Part shown: one piece after another, positions 1-13,264 of the stretch
How the letters are laid out: every line of letters begins with the position of its first letter
How positions within the stretch are numbered: the first letter of the stretch is position 1
Assembly: GCF_004010195.1 (NCBI RefSeq)
Contig: NC_057749.1
Span: forward strand, 23,894,892-23,958,891
Reading direction: 5' to 3'
Length of the DNA: 64,000 bases
Source of the DNA: Chiloscyllium plagiosum
Lineage: Eukaryota
The notes under the pieces: model-generated
Databases searched by the model: none
Told to the model about the DNA's origin: nothing
The model's input: only the letters and a program-made list of their open reading frames with translations
Program-made: the position numbers and the translations under genes

Positions 1-67
1 GGGGGGGTAGAGAGAGAGAATGGGGCAGTTGTGGATGTGGGGAGAGAGAGAGAATAGGGGCAGTTGA

Positions 68-372
68 GGATAAATAGACAAGGTCTTTTCCCTGGAGTGG
101 TGGGTGTCCAAAGCTAGAGGTTTGGGGTGAAAGGGATAAGAGTTAAAGGAACCTAAGGGCAACTTTTTCATGCAGAGGGTGGTGCATGTGTGGAATCAAC
201 TGCCAGAGGAAGTGGTGGAGGCTGGAACAATTACAACATTTAAGAGGCACCTGGATGGGTATATGAACAGGAAGGGTTTACAGGGATGTGGGCCGGGTGC
301 TGGCAAATGAGACCCGGTCAGAATGGGATATCTGGTTGGACTGAAAGGTCTGTTTCTGTGCCGTATAACTCC
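68..372 (+). mobile_element. CR1/HER1-like LINE 3' fragment
   Basis: Decayed ORF2 C-terminus (WNxLPEEVVEAGTITTFKRHLDGYMNRKG) plus the 3' tail shared with many copies in the window. Confidence 0.85.
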
Positions 373-427
373 ATTTACAAGACGATTGGTTTCAGAGCGC
401 TGTTATAGGTGGAAGATTGAAACAGTT

Positions 428-622
428 ACTAGGTCATGCTATAACGCAAATTCACTGTAATGCAATTTGGGATGCTGTTTCTAAAGCGTGAACTTTTAAA
501 ATGTGTGTTGACTGTTAAGCGATTACATCACCAACGCTTTAAGTGCTGTTTCCGAAGTACAATTGTTCCATAACACGGGATTGCTCAAGAGCGCAACCCT
601 TGTGTTATAGAAAGACTGTCTG
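428..622. mobile_element. MITE, degenerate copy of the 13059-13264 family
   Basis: gctataac...gttatagaaagactgtctg-TA terminus and the same internal ctgtttctaaagcgtgaacttttaaaa. Confidence 0.65.
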
Positions 623-984
623 TATGTCAGTGTGATGACCCCTGCAAGGCCCAAGGGGAATCACTCCCTGTGGGTTTCATTGAGGATGAGATCCCTCAGT
701 AACACACAATGTCCTGAGCCCTTTATAAAGCAGACCCAGGCCAGATTGGTTATAAACAGGTCCGGGCAGAGGGCATCATATTTGCCTGCTCCTGTTCCAT
801 GGTTATGTTTGATCCCAGATATCCTTGGAGATGGAGCACACAGTGTCCATCAGTGCCCTCGATGCCTTTAGAGAGAGGTGGACACTGCTGGGGGGGTGGG
901 GGGGTAGAGAGAGAGCTGGGTATGTAGGGGGAGATGGAGTGGAATGCTTTATCTCCCCTTCCGATTAAATTTTGATTTCACCCC

Positions 985-1520
985 ATTCCTCTCCCTACCA
1001 CACCTTCCCCACCTCCCCCTTCCCTCTCCCTATCTGCCCTCTATCTACCTCCCCTTCCCCCTACCTCCCCTTCCCCCTACCTCCCCTTCCCCCTACCTCC
1101 CCTTCCCCCTACCTCNNNNNNNNNNNNNNNNNNNNNNNNNNNNNNNNNNNNNNNNNNNNNNNNNNNNNNNNNNNNNNNNNNNNNNNNNNNNNNNNNNNNN
1201 NNNNNNNNNNNNNNNNNNNNNNNNNNNNNNNNNNNNNNNNNNNNNNNNNNNNNNNNNNNNNNNNNNNNNNNNNNNNNNNNNNNNNNNNNNNNNNNNNNNN
1301 NNNNNNNNNNNNNNNNNNNNNNNNNNNNNNNNNNNNNNNNNNNNNNNNNNNNNNNNNNNNNNNNNNNNNNNNNNNNNNNNNNNNNNNNNNNNNNNNNNNN
1401 NNNNNNNNNNNNNNNNNNNNNNNNNNNNNNNNNNNNNNNNNNNNNNNNNNNNNNNNNNNNNNNNNNNNNNNNNNNNNNNNNNNNNNNCTTTCCCTACCTC
1501 CCCTCCCCCCCCTTTCCACT
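985..1520. repeat. C-rich tandem repeat (~16-bp cccctacctccccttc) around an assembly gap
   Basis: Repeat units directly visible on both sides of the N-run at 1116-1487. Confidence 0.85.
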
Positions 1521-2702
1521 CACCTTCTGATGGTTTGCCTTGCAATGGCTTTGTGTATAAATATTGAATTGCCTACACAAGTGATTGGTGATTGTTAATA
1601 GTGTAAAAGAAACAAAAAAAACATGTCTTGGTGATTTGGTGATGGGGGAAGAAAGCATTCAGTTGTGTGGAAGAGCCCTTTCGGGTATGTTTTTTAAAAA
1701 AACAAGGTTTGTCTCGGCCTGGGATTAGCCTGTGTATGTCACAAGTTGTGGCTGTATTTAGTATTCAGCAATAAATGACATTCCTTTCCAGTCTGAGTCC
1801 CTGAGTTATGACGGTGAACAGCTCCCTCTCTGAGGACAAACTGAAATGTTCAAAGTGTTACCATTGAAGCATCGGAGGAAATCTTTACGACTGTGAAGAG
1901 TTTTGATCGAAGTGAGAGGGAACAATTATTGATTTTAAGGTAGCCACTGAGAGTAAAGGGAGAGGTGTAAGCTGAGAGCTGGTACCGATAAGATGGGCCG
2001 AACAGTCTTCTGCTAGGTTACAAATGGCAATGAGTCTTCTCTCAAGTTGGAATAAACCTATTTTTGGTGGACCTGTCTCCGGGCTTGAGCAGAGGGGCAG
2101 GTGTTGCCATGGATCAGAGCGTCTGTTGATCTGGGTTGGATTCCTGCAGTCTGCTGTTGTTGCTCTGTGCTGTTGAATGTTTTCGCATTGGCATTCCTGT
2201 GCACTTGTGGAGTCAAGTGGTGACATTTCTTCCATTACCCTCGAGATGGTACCAGCGAACCTGACCCAGCCCAGCATTTAGAAGTGGTTAGAGACAAAAA
2301 AAAACTGCAGATGCTGGAAGGTGGACAGGTAGGAGGCTGGAAAAACACAGCAAGCCAGGCAGCGTCAGGGTTACACTAATTATTTCACAATTTTCCCCAT
2401 TAACAGGACTCAACATATTAATGATATAATTTAACCGACTCTGTCTTGCCGATAGTTTTATCAGCAGACTTTTCAAATGTGGTATGTAACACAGGTCAGC
2501 GCAGACTGGATGGGCCTCTTCTGTGCTGTATCTAGGATCACTGGAGCAGAAATTTGAACCAGGGCCTCCTCACCCAAAGATAGGGACACTACCATTGAGC
2601 CTCTTTAGGTCCCTGTAAGCAGTGACTCATTGTGCTTGCTGGTGAGTTGGACGTTTGTCCTTTTGTTTTAACCGTAGGGTTTGAGCAGACATTCCAAGAA
2701 GG

Positions 2703-2904
2703 TTAGAGTGGTGCTGGAAAAGCACAACAGGTCAGGCAGCATCCGAGGAGCAGGAAAATCGACGTTTCGGGCAAAGGCCCTTCATCGGATTGCCCAAAAC
2801 GTTGATTTTCCTGCTCCTCGGATGCTGCCTGACCTGTTGTGCTTTTCCAGCACCACTCTAATCTTGATTCTAATCTCCAGCATCTGCCGTACCCACCTCT
2901 GCCT
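2703..2904. mobile_element. Palindromic Penelope-like terminal repeat (family A)
   Basis: ttagagtggtgctggaaaagcacaacagg... followed by its reverse complement; same sequence as the 3' terminus of the GIY-YIG element at 26134-26801. Confidence 0.8.
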
Positions 2905-3589
2905 ATTTCGAGGAGGTTGCCAGAGGAAATTATTGGGAAAGATTCTGGTATCTGGGATGTTGTTTCTTAGCAACTTGTTAAATCAAGGTGGGGGTGGGGA
3001 TTCTCTGTTTGACTTAAGTAAAAGAGTAAGTGCTGGAAGTAGCGGTCAGGTCAGACAGTGCCGGGATGAACAAGGTTAATGGTGGGATCGTGTTGTGGTG
3101 TTGGCATCTGGAGAAGCGGTGGGCCTTGATTTTGGGAAAACCAGGTTGAACCCATGTGACATTTGAGCAGTAGGGGAAGATGCCTGCGTGTGTTCCCATG
3201 GTATCAGGACCCCAGGCTTGGGACTCCCGCCAAGCAACAGCTTCCAACCAATCAGGGAGGAGCTCGGCTCCTCCCGTGCTCAACAGCGCCGTGGAGATGC
3301 CAGTGGCTGCTGCTGGAAGGACAGCCTTGGTAACCCACCATCAGGAAGGAACCAGGCCGCAGTCAGGTAATGTTGAGGGGGGAGGGTATTTCTGTGGTTG
3401 GAGGTCATGGAGAGAGGTGAGGGGGTGAAGGAAGAGATGGGGGCAGGCCTACCCCAGGCGCCTGATGCCCACTCCCTTGATGGAATTCAGATTGCTGAAG
3501 ATTGTGAGGCTACCCTCTTGTGGTTTGTGGTCTGCCTTTCTGAGGAAGGATGCTCTTGCCCTTCAGGGAATACAGCGGAGGTTTACTAG

Positions 3590-4115
3590 TTGAATTCCTA
3601 GGTTGGCAGGACTGACATATGAGGAGAGATATCGTCAGTTAGGGTTCTATTCACTGGAGTTTAGAAGAATCAGGAGGGATCTCATGCAAAATTCTGAAAC
3701 TCGAACAGAACCAGACAGATTAGATGCAGGAAGGATGATCCCAATGTCGGGGATGTCAAGAACTAGGGGTCCTAGCTTAATGATAAAGGATAAAACTTCC
3801 AGGATTGAGATGAGGAGAAATTTCTTCACCCAGAGAGTATTGAGCCTGTGGAATTCACTACCATGGAACGTAGTCGAGGCTAGAACAAGTGTTTTCAGGA
3901 ATAACATAGGTACGGATCGTGTAGCTATAGAGATCAAGGGGTATAGGGGGAGGACAGGGCTGGGATGTTGAGTTCAATTATCACCCCTGGTCGTATTGAC
4001 CGGGGACTCAGCGCGAGTGTGGAGTTGACACTACAGTCTGTTAGATTAAGATCTAACATTGACAGATCTTAGTGAATGGTGCAGTAGCTTGAGGGGCTGA
4101 ATGGCCTCCTATTGC
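3590..4115 (+). mobile_element. CR1 LINE 3' fragment (second subfamily)
   Basis: ORF 3603..3971 resembles the CR1 ORF2 C-terminus (GLTYEER...YSLEFRR...RNFFTQRVLSLWNSLP). Confidence 0.8.
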
Positions 4116-4908
4116 TTGTATCTCCAGCGTGTCAACAAAGTGACAACTGTCCATGGGATAATAGGGGCTGGGATGCCACTTGGCCCTTCCTGGTGAAGTT
4201 GATATGGCATTGGGATCTGGGTAACCTGTGAAACAGCAGGGGCCTGAGTGCAAGCGTAGTCATAGCAGACAGTACTGGAGTAACTGAGATGGTCTGGCAG
4301 CGACTGTGGAGAAAGGACTGGGAAAGCTTCAAAGCTTCTGATTGAGTTCATTATGACTCTCTTCAATGTTAACTCCGTTTCTCTCTCCATAGATACTGCC
4401 AGACCTGCTGAGTTTCTCCAGCATTCTCAGTTTCACTGTCAGAGTCCCTGCATTTTGTTTAAAATGTAATTTCTTGTTTGGCTCGGTGATATGTACATTC
4501 TGCATTTGATATACGCATGAAGAACTCATGTACTTGTTTATTTTTCAATTTCACTCTGTGCGTTGAACTGTCTGGAACACCTTTACTGAAATGGAGCGTA
4601 CGTTCGACAAAATTGATTACTATCTTCTCTGTTGGACTTTTCATGACCTCCAAGGGCCCCCGACCACTTGTCAGTCGATGAAAACCCTTCCAAAGTGTTG
4701 TTCGCTGTTGCAGTGTCGGAAACATGGCTGATGTTCGCACAGGACGATCCCACAGTCGGCAAAACCGCATTGATCAGATCAGCTGCTCTTTGTGATGTGG
4801 ATTACCGAAATGAAACTGACTCGAATGAAATCAACAGTTGCCCATTTGAAGGGCTTCAGTTGGTGTCAGGGTGGTGCATCCATTCACCAACCCCCCCCCC
4901 CCCCCCNN

Positions 4909-5255
4909 NAACCTGTCCATGCTGACCAGGTTTCCCAAACTGGACTAGTCCCATTTGCCTGCACTTGGCCCCTATCCCTCTGAGCCTTTCTTATCCATGT
5001 ACCTGTCCAAATATCTTTTAAGTGTTGTAGTTGTACCCATCTCTACCCCTAGCAGTTTGTTCCTTGCATGCACCACCCTCCAGGTGAAAATGTTGCCCCT
5101 CAGGTGCCTTTTAAATCTTTCCCTCTTTCACCTTTAACCTATTCCCTCTGGTTTTGGACTCCCCTACCCCAGAGAAAGGACAGTTGCTATTAACCTTATC
5201 TATCCCCCTTGTGATTTTATAAGCCTCTGTAAGGTCTTCCCTCAGCCTCCCACAC
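4909..5255 (-). mobile_element. CR1/HER1-like LINE 3' fragment
   Basis: Reverse complement of the common CR1 tail. Confidence 0.8.
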
Positions 5256-5964
5256 TTGACCCTCCAGCCTCAGGGATTTTAAAAAACCTCTGTAAACCCT
5301 TAGCATCCATGTGTTTGGAAGGTGCTGTCGAAGGAGCCCTGGGGAATTTCTGTTTCCTGACTCGACTGCTGTGTTACCCAAGATAGGCTGCATTACACGC
5401 AGCCCTCTGGATTTAACCTCTGGGTAAGAGCTGAGATTTCATAGAAGGGCCCGACTAAATAAAGTAACGGCAGGGGAGAGTCATTTTACTTTGTCATTGA
5501 GGACTTTGTCAATGGCGATCTCACTTCCTGTTCTCCTCGCAGGAGCTGGGCGAATGATGTCATTCAGCTGAACACTCTGAGTGATGGTTACAAAGGGTGG
5601 CTCTGAAGGAGCTGTACTGTGGGAGCTGGACACATGCTGGCTTGGCCTTTGTGACTGAATGAGCCGCTGTGTCGGTGCTGGCTTGTTTCCAGGAGATTTA
5701 CATTGCTAATTACTGCACGCCAGTGAATGAAGGCGACCGGCAAGAGAGTGCAGCCGTGGCTAGCAAGAAGCTGCGTTCGTGATGTTCCTGGGGAGGTGGG
5801 GATTGTGGTGGGGGCAAGGAGTGGGCAGTGGGGAGGAGTTTTCGTGAGTGTACATGCCTCCCAACCCGCGGCCCTTCACCTCCTCCCCTCAGCGGGAGAG
5901 GCAAGAGTCGGGCCTGACGAGGCAAAGGAATCTCTCACCTCGTTCCTCTCCCGATTGCGAAAAG

Positions 5965-6280
5965 GTCAGCAGCGGTTAGCACTGCTGCCTCGCAGCGCCA
6001 GGGACCCAGGTTCGATTCCAGCCTCGGGCAATTGTCTGTGTGGAGTTTGCACATTCTCCCCGTGACTGCGTGGGTTTCCTCCCACAATCCAAAGATGTGC
6101 AGGTTTAGGGGAATTGGCCATAGGAAATTGCCCACAGTGTTCAGGGATGTGTAGGTTAGGCACATTAATCAGGGGTAAATGTAGAGTAATGTGGTAGGGG
6201 AATGGGTGGGGTATTCTTCAGAGGGTCGGTGTGGACTTGTTGGGCGAAATGGCCTGTTTCGACACGCTGGGGATTCTATG
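5965..6280 (+). mobile_element. HE1-like V-SINE
   Basis: tRNA-like head (ggttagcactgctgcc...ggttcgattcc), V-domain (tgtggagtttgcacattctcccc...gggtttcctcc), CR1-like tail. Confidence 0.85.
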
Positions 6281-7415
6281 ACTAAGGGTTAGTTGTTGTC
6301 AAATCCTGACTGCACTCAGTCAGGAAACCTCCTTTCTCTTTTCGGGAAGGCAGGGATCCAGTCCGTTTCCTGTGGCATATCTGGTCTCGGTCCGAAAGAA
6401 CGCCGTCAGAAACTATATAAGATCCAGGAGCAGCCCATTCTGTCCGTGCTACCACCCATCTTCCAGCCCTTGATTTCTTGATGTTGAGGGACATGGGAAA
6501 GTGGAGATGGAGTGGAAGAGAGCTGCCGTGATATAGCTGCAGGGGACAGCAGGCTCTGGATGGCCAAATGGCCTACTCTGCTTCCTGTGAGCCATGGGTG
6601 TGTCGGCTATGGTACCTTAAACACATGTATCTGAAGTTTTCTTTCCAGATTGGATAAAGGGGAGATGATGATAAAGGGGAATTGTCTCTGGGCTCGAGAC
6701 TCAAAGGCCCGGGCTAATGATTTCTGGTCAGAGGTTCAAGTCCCTCTAGCGGGAGAAATGTAAATGCAATTTAATTAAAATCTGGAACCGAAAGCCAGTG
6801 ATGATCACCAGAGAATTGTTACCCTGGTTCATGGGTAATAAATGATGGGTGATAAAGTGACACCTACGTCCCATGAAAGGATGGTGTGAGTCAGGACTGC
6901 AGGATACAATGTCTCATCAAACATGCACAGTTGCTGAAAGTAGGGAGGGAGTTAATACTTGGGTTTCCCTAAAGCTGTGAGGTTGGAGGAGGTCCCTTAC
7001 ATACAGGAACAATTGAAGAGCTTCCTAAACAGCAAACTAATTTGAAGAAATCCTCCTGATTCATACAGGTGGCCGTGTTACATTGGCGCTTGCTATGCAT
7101 ATGCACGCATACGTTCAGATGCACACCCACAGGCACACGCATGTACACACGGATGAACGGTCATGCAGATGCACACACATGCATGCACATGTGCACACAG
7201 GCATGTCACACACACTCAAACACCCCCCTCCCCCCACACACAAAGACACAGTCACGCACAAACCATGAATGTTAAGCAAGCTAACATTTTGTTGACTTTG
7301 TTTGGTCTGTGTATGACTGAATCCTACACTGATTTTGGAAACCTGTTTGGAACTGTCTTTAGCTGCAACATGCACATGAAGTGAAACATTGTGTCGGGTC
7401 TGATCTTTTCTAAGA

Positions 7416-7884
7416 GTGCAGGTTCATAGCTCCTTGAAAGTGGAGTCGCAGGTAGATAGGATAGTGAAGAAGGCGTTTGGTATGCTTTCCTTTATTGTCA
7501 GAGTATTGAGTACAGGAGTTGGGAGGTCATGTTGCGGCTGTACAGGACATTGGTTAGGCCANNNNNNNNNNNNNNNNNNNNNNNNNNNNNNNNNNNNNNN
7601 NNNNNNNNNNNNNNNNNNNNNNNNNNNNNNNNNNNNNNNNNNNNNNNNNNNNNNNNNNNNNNNNNNNNNNNNNNNNNNNNNNNNNNNNNNNNNNNNNNNN
7701 NNNNNNNNNNNNNNNNNNNNNNNNNNNNNNNNNNNNNNNNNNNNNNNNNNNNNNNNNNNNNNNNNNNNNGGAGGGATATGGGCCGGGTGCTGGCAGGTGG
7801 GACTAGATTGGGTTGGGATATCTGGTCGGCATGGACGGGTTGGACTGAAGAGTATGTTTCCATGCTGTACATCTCTATGACTCT
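7416..7884 (+). mobile_element. CR1/HER1-like LINE 3' fragment spanning a gap
   Basis: QVHSSLKVESQVDRIVKKAFGML and MLRLYRTLVRP motifs, followed by the CR1 3' tail. Confidence 0.85.
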
Positions 7885-8577
7885 AATTGCCGGGGGTGTT
7901 TGGGGAGGTACAGGGGGGTTGGTGAGAGGAGATTTTAGCCAGTTCCAAATAAAAGTTCACCTATTTACTTTTCGAACGGAATACACTGGGGGTGTCTAGC
8001 ATTCAGTATCCGATTGCTGTACCTCAGTGCTGGGTCTGTCATACTGGCTGCTTCCAGGCAATAGTTCAGTGCTCTTGCAGCTGAGGTGGGGTCACCTCAG
8101 TGCATTGGCCCATGGGGGTGGGAATCAATCTAACCTGACGTTCTGACTGGTCTGGGGGGAATGCAGATAGTGGTCATTGCGTGAGCAGAGCTCATTTTTA
8201 AGAGTGAGTGAGCGGGCTGAAGATTAATGGCCAAATACAACTTTAAGGTGAACATCAAATAGCTGTTGAGCCGTTGCTGAGCGGAGAGACTGGAAGAGTT
8301 CCCATTGTTTGAGTCCGGAGATTGGATGCTGTGTAGCATCCATTTGGAACAGAATTGTCAGCACAAGTGCAGGCTGTTCAACCCAAATGAGATATGGCAG
8401 TCTTTCAACTCCATATAAAACTCCTCCCATTCCTGTTTCATCTCCATTCCCTTTTCCATCCTTCCCCTGAATTAATTGCAACAACCAACTCCGGGACAAT
8501 GTCAATGGGCTAGTAATCCGGAACCTCAGGTTTATGTCCTGGGGACGGGAGTTTAAATTCCACCACGGCAGTTTAGG

Positions 8578-8950
8578 GTCATAGAGTCAAAGAGATGTAC
8601 AGCACAGAAACAGAGCCTTCGGTGCAACCCGTCCATGCTGACCAGATATCCCAAACCCAAATCTAGTTGCACCTGCCAGCACCCGGCACATATCTCTCCA
8701 AACCCTTCCTATTCATATACCCATCCAGATGCCTTTTAAATGTTGTAAGCGCACCATCCTCCACCACTTCCTCTGGCAGCTCATTCCATTCAGGTACCGC
8801 CCTCTGCATGAAAACGTTGCCCCTTAGGTCTCTTTGATATCTTTCCCCTCTCACCCTAAACCTATGCCCTCTAGTTCTGGACTCCCCCACCCCAGGGAAG
8901 AGACTTTGTCTACTTATCCGATCCATGCCGCTCATAATTTTATAAATCCC
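8578..8950 (-). mobile_element. CR1/HER1-like LINE 3' fragment, inserted in a tRNA-SINE
   Basis: ORF 8663..8935 is the CR1 ORF2 C-terminus. Confidence 0.85.
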
Positions 8951-9607
8951 TATAAGGTCAATTGAAAAACATTTAATAAAAAACTAGTCCAACAAGATCC
9001 CCGTAACCATTGTTGATTGTCGTAAAGTGGTGACAGTAGTGATGTAGTGGTCAGAGCTGAGGCCTTGCGAGCAGCAGCGAAGACTGGTGTTTCTGGGCAG
9101 GTCTTAGCCCAGTCTTGGGGGAGAGAGGGAGCCATCTTGGGGAAAGCCCAGCTCAAAACATCTGTAGGCCCTTTGACTTATTAACTTTGTTTCTTTATTT
9201 TCTACTTTTATGTTAAGAAGACTGTAGTGCTGAACTTTTTAACTTCTTTATCTTTCCATTTCTGTAACTAAGATTTGTACCTCGGTACTTTGTACCTAAG
9301 ATGGCACCGTTTGTGGTGATGACATTGTACGTTTTTCACTGTACTCTTGTATCCATTATTCTTGTACACATGACAATAAAACCTAAATCTAAAAATCCAC
9401 CTTTTAGGGACTGTCCTTACCTGGTCTGACCTACATGTGACTCCAAACCCATAGCAATGTGGTTGACTCTTAACTGCCCTCTGGGGCAATTGGGGATGGG
9501 TTCAGCTTAATAAGTGCTGGTACAGCTTGTGTGCTTGTATCCTGTGAAAGAATCTTTTAAGAACCGAGTCAACGTGCACCTTTGGGTTCTCTCTGTGTAG
9601 AATCATC

Positions 9608-9868
9608 GAGTCATAGAGATGTACAGCATAGAAGCAGACCCTTCGGTTCAACTCTAGTTCTGGACACCCCCACCCTGGGGAAAAGACCTTGTCTATTCAC
9701 CCTATCCATGCCCTGCATGATTTTACAAACCTCTATAAGGTTACCCTTCAGCCTCCAGAGAAAACAGCCCCAGCCTGTTCAGTCTCTCCCTAAAGCTCAA
9801 ACCCTCCAACCCTGGCAACATCCTTGTAAATCTTTTCTGATCCCTTTCAAGTTTAACCACATCCTTCT
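9608..9868 (-). mobile_element. CR1/HER1-like LINE fragment, internally deleted
   Basis: Tail and upstream ORF2 pieces match other CR1 copies. Confidence 0.75.
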
Positions 9869-10749
9869 ACAATTGTATTAATTTACACAAACCATTCGTG
9901 GTTGTTTGAGTGTTGCAGAAGTTGTCTTGGGGCAATTATTAATCACTGTTCTTTTTCTTGAAACCTTTTTCAGCTGTGAACTTGGACCAGAAGCCAAAAA
10001 AATCAACATCCCAGGTTTAAGGTGAGATTTATTTCTAGTTTCTGCTCCCTTTGCACTAAATACTCGGTCTGCAATGCTGTGATTCCCATTTCTGGTGAAA
10101 TACTTTGGTGTGGAGAGCTTTTCAGGTTTTTGTCGATTCTTTTCCTGCGCCCACAATTGATGATCAGTCACATGTTCCACATTGAGAAGCACCTTTAGAT
10201 CATTTCCCTCAGTTTTAACTGGGATTAAACACACGGCACAGGAACAGACCATTCGGCCCAACCCATTTAGGTTTCACTTGAGCGTCCTCTCATCTTTCTC
10301 TTCAATATTGATCAACAGAATCCTACATCTGCTTCTCCCTCATCTACTTCTCTAGTTTGCTCTTAAATGCATTTAAAATATTCGCTTCCTGTGGTTGTCT
10401 ACAGAGGGTGGTAGAGGCGGAATCATGGACTATTTTTCAAGGCAGAAGGAGGTGAGTTTCTTTATGAACCAGGGAGTCCATGGGCTCATTGGGAATATTG
10501 AGGCTACAATCTGCTCATCTGTGATTATATGGAATGGTGTAGCAGGCTGGAGGGGGCTCAGTGGCCTCCTCCTGCTCCTAATTCAGTTGTTCGCGTGCAA
10601 CAGCAAATTTGTTCCAAGTTGTTCCTTTCCAAACTCTCCTTTGGATTTCATGGTGACTGTCCTGTCACTGGCCTCTTGCTCACTTCCTCTTGAGGGTTGC
10701 CATTCTCTCGGAATCTACTCCATCACAACCTTCACAGCAGTTTAAAGAT

Positions 10750-11070
10750 GCTCCCTCACAGCGTCAGGGACCTGGGTTCGATTCCACCCTCGGGTGACTC
10801 TCTGTGTGGAGTTTTCACATTTTCCCCGTATCCGCCTGGGTTTCCTCTGGGTGCTCCAGTTTCCTCCCACAGTGCAAAGATGGGCAGGTTAGGGTGGATT
10901 GGCCAAGCTAAGTTACCCCATATTGTCCAGGGATGTGCAGGCTAGATGGATTAGCCATGGGGATTAGCCAGGGTTACAGGGATGGGGTAGGGAGGGGGTC
11001 TGAGTGGGATGCTGTTTGGAGGGTTGATGTGGACTCGATGGGCCGAATGGTCTGCTTCCACACCGTGGGG
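10750..11070 (+). mobile_element. HE1-like V-SINE
   Basis: B-box ggttcgattcc, V-domain and tail as in the other copies. Confidence 0.8.
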
Positions 11071-11977
11071 CTTCAGTGAATTTGGTCACTTCCATCTGTT
11101 TCGGCCTTCTCTTTGTTCAAACAAATTAAAATTAAAAATGCAGTGAAGCCTCTCCTATCAGTTTCCTGGATTGCTTTGGAATGCTCTTGTGTATATAGAA
11201 GGCTGAATCAAGTGTCCTTTTGTAGCGGAATATGGTCATGACAGCAATGAAAATAAACACTCAAATATTGGCTTGTTAACCGATGCATGCATTAACTCGA
11301 AAGCAGTCTGTATAAACTGTGGTTTGTTCTGCATGACTGCAACCTGAATGAAAATGCTTACTTCGTCCGAGACTTGAAAGGACTGTTCTGTGGCCAAAGC
11401 TTTATTCTTGCCCAGTCTCTTCGCTGAGTCGTATACATGTAGGGGGTTACCTGTGCAGAGATGTGTGTGAGTCTGTATGTGTGTGACTTCAAACCATTTT
11501 CAGTGTTGAGTGACTGTCGAGGATGGGGAAGATTTGGGTGGCTGAGTGAGGTGTCTGTTTCCGTTTCCCTTATCCTAATTGAAACCTATCTTTTGATTGA
11601 AGGAGGGAGGATTTGCATTTACGTAGCACCTTTCATAACATAGCTGGATGCCCCAAAGTGGTTGCGAACCAATGAAGGGCATGCAGCAGTGTCGGAAACA
11701 CAGCAACTAATTTGTGCACAGCAAGCTCCTTGAAAGCAGTGAGATCGTGATCAAGTGGAAAAAAGCAAAGCTGTAAGGAAACAGAAAACAAAGTTTCCTC
11801 GACACTGTCCCCATCTGATGCTCCCAGGTCAGGGACTGCACAGGGTTCGATACAGAGTAAAACACTCTCTATTCTTTTTAAAGTAAAACACAGTGACCAT
11901 CAGACACTCCAAGGACAAATGCAACATGGTGTCAGACACAAAACAAAGCTTATTCTACTCTTTGAAACTAAAAGTAA

Positions 11978-12358
11978 ACTGACCTGATAGAGGTTTACAA
12001 AACCATGAGGAGCATGGATAGGATAAATAGACCAAGTCTTTTCCCTGGAGTCGGAGAGTCCAGAACTAGAGGGCATAGGTTTAAGGTGAGAGGGGAAAGA
12101 TATAAAAGAGACCTCAGGGGCAACATTTTCACGCAGATTGTGGTATGTGTATGGGATGAGCTGCCAGAGGAAGTGGTGGAGGCTGGTACAATTGCAACAT
12201 TTAAAAGGCATCTGGATGGGTATATGAATAGGAAGGGTTTGGAGGGATATGGGCCGGATGCTGACAAGTGGGACTAGATTGGGTTGGGATATCTGGTCGG
12301 CATGGACGGGTTGGACCGAAGGGTCTGTTTCCATGCTGTACATCTCAATGACTCTATG
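11978..12358 (+). mobile_element. CR1/HER1-like LINE 3' fragment
   Basis: ORF 12005..12277 is the CR1 ORF2 C-terminus. Confidence 0.85.
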
Positions 12359-13058
12359 AAAGCCAAGCTCCCTTGGCACTGTCCCCATCAAATGTTCCCA
12401 GGTCAGGGACTGCACAGGGTTTGATACAGAGTAAGGCTCTTTCTCCTCTTTTAAAACTGAAGGGAAATGGAAAATAAAATTCTCTCAACGTCGTCCCCAT
12501 TAAACACTTGCAGGTCAGGGACAGCACAAGGTTAGATACAGAGCAAAACTCTTGCTATTCGTTTGAATTAAAAGTGGTAAGTATTTTCCTGGTCTATCAC
12601 CAGTGCCCCAGTACTTTCTCCCCGAATGCTAATTCTTATAATTTATACATGTTTGATGTGCACTTGAATTTTGATTTGCTTTACTGGATTATGACAGTCA
12701 GTGGAAACACAGATTTTTAAAACAAAAATAGTGAGTATCACTCTTACCTTTCAAGGAGAAATTTATGATTTTAATTCCTACCTCAGAGATCGGAGTACAG
12801 ACGCACAGCTGACCTGCCGACACAGTGCTGTGGGACTGCTACTGTATCGGAGCTCCCACCCAACAGAGGGAATTTTAAACCTTTGTGTTTTTCAGGTGAA
12901 CGTAAAATGTCCCATCTCACTATTTTTGAAAAAGCGTAGAATTTTCCCCAGTCCGACCAATATTCGCTCCTCAACTAATTGTGGACAGATTACCTGGTCA
13001 TGGTCATATGGGATCTTGCTGTGTGCAGACTGGCTGCTGTATTACAGACAGTGAAGTA

Positions 13059-13264
13059 CAGGTCGTTCTGCTATAACATGCAGTTCATTTCACGCGAATT
13101 TGCTTTAACGCGATTGATGAACTGCAGAGACTGTGTTTCTAAAGCGTGAACTTTTAAAATGCGATTACATCCTGAACACTTTAAGCGCTGTTTCTAAAGT
13201 GTGATTTTTCTGAAATGTGGGGTCGCACAAAGACACAACCGTCATGTTATAGAAGAACTGACTG
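13059..13264. mobile_element. MITE with TA target duplication (Tc1/mariner-pogo-like ends)
   Basis: TA-caggtcgttctgctataac ... gttatagaagaactgactg-TA. Imperfect ~19-bp terminal inverted repeats; three copies in the window. Confidence 0.75.

Noticed and set aside
944..1598. Pro-rich ORFs here and at 34213-34857 and 7416-7999
   Set aside because: They run through N-gaps and low-complexity or LINE sequence.
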